From Myxococcota bacterium (GTDB lineage: Bacteria > Myxococcota > JACRCW01): 13,439 nt of DNA. Position numbers and translations under genes: made by a program. The stretch spans positions 1 to 13,439 of the forward strand of contig JBFMGU010000283.1 in the NCBI GenBank assembly GCA_040752415.1, written 5' to 3'. The first letter of the stretch is position 1. Every line of letters starts with the position of its first letter. The notes under the pieces were generated by a model. It saw only the letters and a list, made by a program, of their open reading frames with translations, did not search any database and was not told the origin of the DNA. This document shows, one piece after another, positions 8,240-13,439 of this stretch.

Positions 8240-8974
8240 ATGAAGAGCGCGCCTGCTCAGAGCCAACCTCGCATCCCCGGGAGCGTTGGCGAAGGTCACG
8301 TGGGAGAGGCCTCCCACCGGAGACACGCGTTCCCGCTGCCGTCGGATGATGACCCGCAGCCGCACATGGTGCCGTTTGCGCATGGCGTGCCCATGCCACG
8401 GTTGCTGCGCGCGCTGGCGGTGAGACTGCGCGGCCGCACGTTGACGGTGGAGGAGATCATCGCGCTGCTGGGCGAGGACGGCCTGCTCCTGATGGCGGTG
8501 ATCTGCGCGTCCCCGTTCCTGCTGCCGGCGTCCATTCCCGGCATCAGCACGGTGGCGGGGACCATCATCCTGCTGGTGGGGATGGCGGTGGTGGCGGGCC
8601 ATACGCCTGCGCTCCCGTCGAGACTGCTGCATGCGCGCGTGGGTGGCGAGGGCTGGTCCAAGGCACTGATGATGGCCGCGCGCGTGGTGAAGCCGCTGGG
8701 TCGCTCCCGTCAGCCCAGCCGCAGCGCGCAGGTGGGTCTGCCCCTGCACGGGCTCTCATTGGCCATCAACGGCGTGGTGCTGCTCATGCCGCTGCCCATC
8801 CCGCTGTCCAACTTCCTGCCGGGCTGGGGCGCCATGCTGCTGGCCACGGGCTTGCTCAAGCAGGGTCGCAGGCTGCTTGTGGCCGGGCACTTCTCCACGT
8901 TCATTGGCGTGGCGTACGTGGCGCTGACCGCAGTGCTGGGCGTGGAAGGCGCGGTGCGCATGCTGCACCACTGA
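8240..8974 (+). CDS. exoD: ExoD-family exopolysaccharide biosynthesis membrane protein
   Basis: LTVEEIIALLGEDGLLLMAVICASPFLLPASIPGISTVAG...PALPSRLL and LLMPLPIPLSNFLPGWGAMLLATGLL match the ExoD family pattern. The start is uncertain (8219, 8240, 8300, 8366 or 8393); the conserved part begins near 8400. Confidence 0.85.
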   Translation: MKSAPAQSQPRIPGSVGEGHVGEASHRRHAFPLPSDDDPQPHMVPFAHGVPMPRLLRALAVRLRGRTLTVEEIIALLGEDGLLLMAVICASPFLLPASIPGISTVAGTIILLVGMAVVAGHTPALPSRLLHARVGGEGWSKALMMAARVVKPLGRSRQPSRSAQVGLPLHGLSLAINGVVLLMPLPIPLSNFLPGWGAMLLATGLLKQGRRLLVAGHFSTFIGVAYVALTAVLGVEGAVRMLHH

Positions 8975-9139
8975 GCCCGTTCCTCGACGTCACTTCCCCG
9001 GCGCAGTTGAGCACCACGTCCCCGGTGATGTCCGTGCCCCAGGCCGCGGCCGGCTCCAACGTGGAGGCCTTGCGGATCACAAACCACGACACCGCCTCCG
9101 GTCACGCCACCTTCGTCGACGATGCGGAGGCGCGCCGGC

Positions 9140-9541
9140 TCACTCCTCCGGCTCCAGCGTGACCGTCACCTTCCGTGGCTCGGCCCTGCGCTTGGGCGCG
9201 GTCACCGTGAGGAATTCCCCACGCTGCGTGGCATGGATGGCGTCCGGGTCAATGACGGCGGACATCTGGAAGGAGCGCTCCAGGATCTGGCCCCCCTCGG
9301 TCACGGCGCGCACCAGGAGCGCCGCGCCCTGCACCAGCACCTCCGTGCGCGTGGGGTCAAACCCGGGGAGATAGGCGGTCACCGTCAGGGCCCGCGCATC
9401 CTCGTCCATGGTCATGCGCGCAGCCTCCAACGGGGAGTCTTCCGTCACCCAGCCAATCACCGGCCATGCCACGTCGCCCAGGGACGCGGTGACCGACTCG
9501 TCCACTTCCACTGCGGACAGCAAACCGTTTCTGGTTGCCAT
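9140..9541 (-). CDS. Hsp20/alpha-crystallin family small heat shock protein
   Basis: 133 aa. MDEDARALTVTAYLPGFDPTRTEVLVQGAALLVRA...ERSFQMSAVIDPDAIHATQRGEFLTVTAPK follows the alpha-crystallin strand pattern. C-terminal RKVTV is an IxI-like motif. RBS-like AAGGGTGA lies upstream. Confidence 0.85.
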   Translation of the reverse strand: MATRNGLLSAVEVDESVTASLGDVAWPVIGWVTEDSPLEAARMTMDEDARALTVTAYLPGFDPTRTEVLVQGAALLVRAVTEGGQILERSFQMSAVIDPDAIHATQRGEFLTVTAPKRRAEPRKVTVTLEPEE

Positions 9542-9577
9542 GACGTCACCCTTGGCTGGACCCGCCAGCTTCCGGGC

Positions 9578-9606
9578 AAGGAAGGAACGAAATGCCCTTT
9601 CGTCAA
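9578..9606 (-). promoter_or_regulatory. Candidate sigma70-family promoter for hsp20 with overlapping palindrome
   Basis: Minus strand: TTGACG (9606-9601), 17 nt, then TTCCTT (9583-9578, a weak -10). The palindrome ACGAAA-N5-TTTCGT at 9587-9603 overlaps the -35 and spacer. Confidence 0.35.
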
Positions 9607-9643
9607 GGCGTTTTCCGACGGGGAAGCGTCAGCGGAGACGCCG

Positions 9644-10999
9644 TCATTCAATACACGTGCGGTATTCCTCGGGAATCTGCGTGATCGGATAGACCACGAT
9701 GAAGTTGAAGCACATCTCGTCCTCGGTCTCCTCGCCAAAGGTCACACGTGCGCCGGTGTCGTTGTTGTACACGCACGTGGTGGTGAGGACGTCATTGCGC
9801 TCAATACGGACCGGCGGTGCGTGCACGTACGACGCCTGCAGGCCGCTGTCCCAGGGATCCACGCGGATCAGGGTCTCGGCGACACCAGAACTGCGCGTGA
9901 TGGTGGTCTCCACGCTGCGCCCCAGCAGGTGCATGTGCGGAGCGCTGGAGAGCACGTAGACGGGGTCCTGCATGCGCGCGGTGCAGGTCCCGGTGACGGC
10001 GTGGTCCACGGCACCGGCGGGAATGTCGATGTCCACCGAGCCCAGCGTCACCACCCCCGCCACCTGCGCGCGCGGTGCCGGCTCCGTGCACAACGCCACA
10101 CCGCTGCGGTCCATGGCGTCCGAGTAGCCGGGCACGTTCCAGTAGTGGAGCTGCAGGATGTACCAGCTGTTGGAGCCGCCGAGCTCCAGGCTGACGCCTT
10201 CCGGCATCACCACGTTGCCTCCACCCGGCGCCCAGCCCGTCACGAACGTGGCGTCGGAAGGCATGTTGCACGGCCCCACCTCTCCGTCCGTCTGCGGCGT
10301 GTGCGTGCGGTAGAGGATCCAGTGGTGCACCACGCGCTCGTCGTCGATGATGGGCGCCCAGGCCACGGCCTGCTCGCTGTCGGTGAAGGGCGAGTTGAAC
10401 GCGAAGCACTCGTACAGGTTGTCCGCCGTCTCCGGGACGTGGAAGCCCGCAATGGTTCCCGCGGCGTGCGCGCGGAAGAAGTGCTGCGGCTCGCACGGGA
10501 GCTCGTCGGGACCCACGCCGCCGCTGGAGGAGCTGCTGCTGGTGCCGCCGTCGGGAGGGTCGCAGCTGGCCTCGGTGCGCGCCGGTGCACCCTGCGCAAT
10601 CCACCCATCCAGCGTGGCCAGCTCCGCCTCGGTGAGGCCGCCGCCGGGCGGCATGGGTGCGTTCTCGTCGTGGATGCGCACGGACATGAGCTCGTAGACG
10701 TTGCGCTCCGGATCACTCACCGCCGGGCGCTGCACGTGCTCATGCGTCATCAGCTGCATGGGCGCGCCGTAACGCGGGGGACTGTTGTGACAGCGCTGGC
10801 AGTGGGCCTGGAGGATGGCGTCCACCGCACAGGGCAGCGGCGTGTCTCCACCGGATGACGACGACGCGGATGAGCTTGTGCTCCCCCCCGACGAAGACGA
10901 CGTGGAGCCTGACGAGGTTCCGCCCTCCGGCTCCGTCGTCGAAGAGGCACACCCTGCCCACAACATCCCAATGACGAAGACCCCTGCTGCATGCCGCAT
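9644..10999 (-). CDS. Lipoprotein: monoheme cytochrome c domain fused to a copper type II (PHM/dopamine beta-monooxygenase-like) monooxygenase
   Basis: ATG 10999 follows an AGGAG RBS, giving 451 aa. Lipobox LWAG-C, then a Ser/Gly linker, CQRCH (10787-10801) with downstream PMPP, and a second Ser linker. Copper motifs: VHHWILY (HH 10322-10327), LQLHYWN (H 10145-10147), APHMHLLGR (HMH 9929-9937), FGEETEDEMCF (EMC 9710-9718). Confidence 0.9.
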   Translation of the reverse strand: MRHAAGVFVIGMLWAGCASSTTEPEGGTSSGSTSSSSGGSTSSSASSSSGGDTPLPCAVDAILQAHCQRCHNSPPRYGAPMQLMTHEHVQRPAVSDPERNVYELMSVRIHDENAPMPPGGGLTEAELATLDGWIAQGAPARTEASCDPPDGGTSSSSSSGGVGPDELPCEPQHFFRAHAAGTIAGFHVPETADNLYECFAFNSPFTDSEQAVAWAPIIDDERVVHHWILYRTHTPQTDGEVGPCNMPSDATFVTGWAPGGGNVVMPEGVSLELGGSNSWYILQLHYWNVPGYSDAMDRSGVALCTEPAPRAQVAGVVTLGSVDIDIPAGAVDHAVTGTCTARMQDPVYVLSSAPHMHLLGRSVETTITRSSGVAETLIRVDPWDSGLQASYVHAPPVRIERNDVLTTTCVYNNDTGARVTFGEETEDEMCFNFIVVYPITQIPEEYRTCIE

Positions 11000-11333
11000 C
11001 ACGTCGCTCCTGTTCCTTGCCCCTCCAGATCTTGACACGGCAGCGACGCCAGAACGAAAGACGACCATCTCGACGGTCACGCCACACGCACGACGACCAC
11101 GTAGCATCGGCGACGGACCTCGCTGCACCCTTCGGATCGAGCAACGGCGCGCTGCCGCGTTGCCCGAGCCCCTTCACCAGCGAGGTGGCGCGCAGCCGCG
11201 GCGGTTCGGGGAAAGCCCGGGCGAGGCGCGGCGTGGAACCGACGCTGGAGCGCTGACGCGGGCCGGAGACGCGCCGGGAAATCCCGTTTATTTTTGGCCT
11301 GTTGCGAGAATCCCGCAAGATCCCGGGTGAAGA

Positions 11334-11360
11334 TGTCGATTGGGGTCGCGCCCGTTCGTC
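11334..11360 (+). promoter_or_regulatory. ECF42-type sigma factor promoter
   Basis: TGTCGA (11334-11339), 17 nt, then CGTC (11357-11360). This matches the ECF42-group consensus as I recall it (TGTCGA / CG[A/T]C) and lies upstream of an operon containing a DGPF-family gene, the typical ECF42 target. Confidence 0.75.
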
Positions 11361-11434
11361 GTGCGGGGTGGAGCCGGGATGCAGGTCCCGGTTTGACCGC
11401 CGCAGGCCACCCAGCAGATACCGGAGCAAGCCCC

Positions 11435-12220
11435 ATGAGCACTGTCACTTCCAAAGACGGCACCACCATTGCGTTCGAGCGACTGGGTGCCGGCCCCGCA
11501 CTCATCCTCGTCGACGGCGCGATGTGCAGCCGCGAGTTCGGCCCCATGCCCAAGCTCGCGCCCCTCCTGGCCAAGCACTTCACCGTGTTCATGTACGACC
11601 GTCGTGGTCGCGGCGGGAGCAAGGACACGCAGCCCTATGCGCGCGAGCGCGAGGTGGAGGACATTGCGGCGCTCATCGAGGCGGCGGGCGGGAAGGCGTA
11701 CGTGGTGGGACTCTCGTCGGGCGCGGCGTTGGCGATGGAGGCGGCGGCCAGCGGTCTCAGCATTCCGCGTCTTGCCGTCTATGAGCCGCCGTACATGGTC
11801 GACGACCCGCGCGACCACACCGGTCACGAGGCCCACCTCAAGCGCCTCGTCGCCGCGGGCCAGCGTGGTGCGGCGGTGAAGTACTTCATGCGCGACATGG
11901 TGGGCATCCCGGCCCCGTTCGTCTTCCTCATGCGCGTGCTGCCGCCGGGCATGTGGCGCAAGCTGGAGGGCGTGGCGCACACGCTTCCCTACGACGCCGC
12001 GATCATGAACGAGTTCAAGGTGCCCACGTCGCGCCTCGCCGCCATCACATCTCCCACACTGGCGATGAATGGCGAGAAGTCCGAAGCGCGGCTCAAGAAG
12101 GCGACGCACACCGTGGCCAGCGCCATCCCCAACGCGCAGCACCGCACGCTCAAGGGGCAGACGCACAACGTGAACCCGGAAGTGCTCACCCCGGAGCTGG
12201 TGGAGTTCTTCGCCGCCTGA
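11435..12220 (+). CDS. Alpha/beta fold hydrolase
   Basis: ATG 11435 follows a GGAG RBS, giving 261 aa. Motifs: VTSKDGTTIAFERLGAGPALILVDGA, YDRRGRGGS, nucleophile elbow GLSSG, YEPP and C-terminal GQTH. Confidence 0.92.
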   Translation: MSTVTSKDGTTIAFERLGAGPALILVDGAMCSREFGPMPKLAPLLAKHFTVFMYDRRGRGGSKDTQPYAREREVEDIAALIEAAGGKAYVVGLSSGAALAMEAAASGLSIPRLAVYEPPYMVDDPRDHTGHEAHLKRLVAAGQRGAAVKYFMRDMVGIPAPFVFLMRVLPPGMWRKLEGVAHTLPYDAAIMNEFKVPTSRLAAITSPTLAMNGEKSEARLKKATHTVASAIPNAQHRTLKGQTHNVNPEVLTPELVEFFAA

Positions 12221-12252
12221 ATCCTCGTCGACACGGATACGGAGCCAACACC

Positions 12253-12984
12253 ATGCGATTCATCATCATGCACAAGACCAACGCACAATGGGAGGCCGAC
12301 GCCATCCCCAGCAAGGAGCTGGTTGCCACCGTGGGTGGGCTGCTGGGAGAGATGACCAGGGCCGGCGTGCTGCTGAGCGGGGAAGGCCTGCGGGCAACGT
12401 CCCACGGCGTGCGCCTGAACTTCTCCGACGGGAAACGCACCATCACGCGCGGGCCCTACCAGGGCACCCGCGAGATTCCCGCGGTGTTCAGCATCCTCAA
12501 TGTCGAATCCATCGACGAGGCGGTGGACTGGGCATCGCGCTCGGTGGAGGGTGTCGACGACGTGGAGATTGACATCCGCCCCGTCACGGAGCCCTGGGAC
12601 ATTGGCATGGCGCCCAAGCCGGAAGGGCGGAAGACCACGCGCTACATGGCGCTGCGCAAGGCCAACGACGCATACGAGGCCGGGACGCCACCCTCGCCGA
12701 AGCAGAAGGCCGCCATGGCCCGACTCATCGACGAGACCACGCGCTCCGGCGTTCACCTCGTCACCGAAAAGCTCGAGCCGTCCTCCAAGGGCAGGCGCTA
12801 CCGCGTCACCCAGGGAAAGCTGTCCATCACCGACGGACCGTTCGCGGAGTCCAAGGAGATGATCGCCGGCTACGTGTTGTTCCGCGCCAATTCCCTGGAG
12901 GAAGCCGCCGAGTGGGCACCGCGCTACGCCGTCGCGGTGGACTGCCACGAGCTGGACCTGCGTCAGGTTGCCGACGAGCTCTGA
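12253..12984 (+). CDS. YciI/YCII-related (DGPF-type) protein with two tandem domains
   Basis: ATG 12253 follows a GGAG RBS, giving 243 aa. Domain 1: MRFIIMHK...AGVLLSGEGLRATSHGVR...ITRGPY...EIDIRPV. Domain 2: RYMALRK...EKLEPSSKGRR...ITDGPFAESKEMIAGY...ELDLRQV. Confidence 0.92.
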   Translation: MRFIIMHKTNAQWEADAIPSKELVATVGGLLGEMTRAGVLLSGEGLRATSHGVRLNFSDGKRTITRGPYQGTREIPAVFSILNVESIDEAVDWASRSVEGVDDVEIDIRPVTEPWDIGMAPKPEGRKTTRYMALRKANDAYEAGTPPSPKQKAAMARLIDETTRSGVHLVTEKLEPSSKGRRYRVTQGKLSITDGPFAESKEMIAGYVLFRANSLEEAAEWAPRYAVAVDCHELDLRQVADEL

Positions 12985-13270
12985 GCCGCGCGGTTCTCCC
13001 GTCGGAGCTGGGCCACGCGCCAGTAGGTGTAGACCACCGGGATGATCTCCAGCGTGGGGAATGCGCCGCTGAGCAAGCCGCCCACCATGGGCGCGGCAAT
13101 GCGCTTCATGACGTCGGCACCGGAGCCCTGCGCCCACAAGAGCGGCACCAAGCCAAAGAGCATGGTTGCCCCCGTCATGAGCTTGGACGCACGCGCTGCA
13201 CCGTGCCCTCCATGTGCGCCCAGACGATGTCGTTGAGGTCGCGGATCCTGCCGGCGCGCTTGCGTCGCTC
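12985..13270 (-). pseudogene. cusA: 3' remnant of a CusA/CzcA-family heavy-metal RND efflux permease, frameshifted
   Basis: ERRKRAGRIRDLNDIVWAHMEGTVQRVRP continues in another frame as KLMTGATMLFGLVPLLWAQGSGADVMKRIAAPMVGGLLSGAFPTLEIIPVVYTYWR, the conserved CusA C-terminus. The join needs one extra base at the Pro codon (minus strand CGT CC- AAG CTC ATG, about 13185-13186). Only about 95 of the usual 1000+ codons are present. Confidence 0.9.
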
Positions 13271-13439
13271 ACGGGGCATGTTGGGGCCGTATGCGGGCGG
13301 AGTGGTCCATCCGCTAAGTAGCTGGCCAGAAGTTCCTTCACATCTGGAAGACTCCGGTTGAGCCCGAACAGCTCCGGCCAAAGCGGTATTTCAGACCGCA
13401 CTCCCAAGGTGCCGGCCGCGCCCATCCCATTGGGCGGAG

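Noticed and set aside
9122..10858. 578-aa plus-strand ORF
   Set aside because: Antisense to hsp20 and the monooxygenase, both of which have clear motifs.
10845..10930. Low-complexity repeats (GACGAC-like) in the monooxygenase gene
   Set aside because: Explained by the Ser/Gly/Thr linker codons; not a DNA-level repeat array.
11000..11128. N-terminal extension of the monooxygenase ORF, and similar extensions at 3953, 7761, 11294 and 11953
   Set aside because: Downstream ATGs coincide with signal peptides or domain starts, and most have a clear RBS.
11195..11232. GC-rich hairpin with GAAAG loop in the divergent intergenic region
   Set aside because: Short stems are expected at this GC content, and no riboswitch consensus was recognised.
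11989..13425. 478-aa minus-strand ORF as an intact gene
   Set aside because: Mostly antisense to yciI and the hydrolase, and out of frame with the cusA remnant. Only its first 40 or so codons are of possible interest.

Overview
GC-rich bacterial DNA with strong G/C bias at third codon positions. It is most likely Myxococcota, judged from a DUF4388/J-like protein and a lipoprotein with Ser/Gly-rich linkers; this taxonomy is an inference. About ten intact genes are present. In order: a pseudo-receiver/DUF4388-like/degenerate J-domain protein; a lipoprotein fusing a PQQ-type glucose/sorbosone dehydrogenase propeller to a diheme c module; a large secreted beta-propeller protein; an SDR; a 96-aa small protein; an ExoD-family protein; an Hsp20; a lipoprotein fusing a monoheme cytochrome c to a copper type II (PHM/DBH-like) monooxygenase with all Cu ligands intact; and an alpha/beta hydrolase plus tandem YciI/DGPF operon behind an ECF42-type promoter. 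A frameshifted 3' remnant of a cusA-like gene follows directly. The most notable points are: (1) the heme c-copper monooxygenase and its possible redox partnership with the PQQ-diheme lipoprotein; (2) an ECF42-type promoter and DGPF operon with no adjacent sigma gene; (3) a 70-nt strand-asymmetric hairpin at the window start. No rRNA, tRNA, CRISPR array or transposase was recognised. All family assignments come from motif recognition, not database searches.
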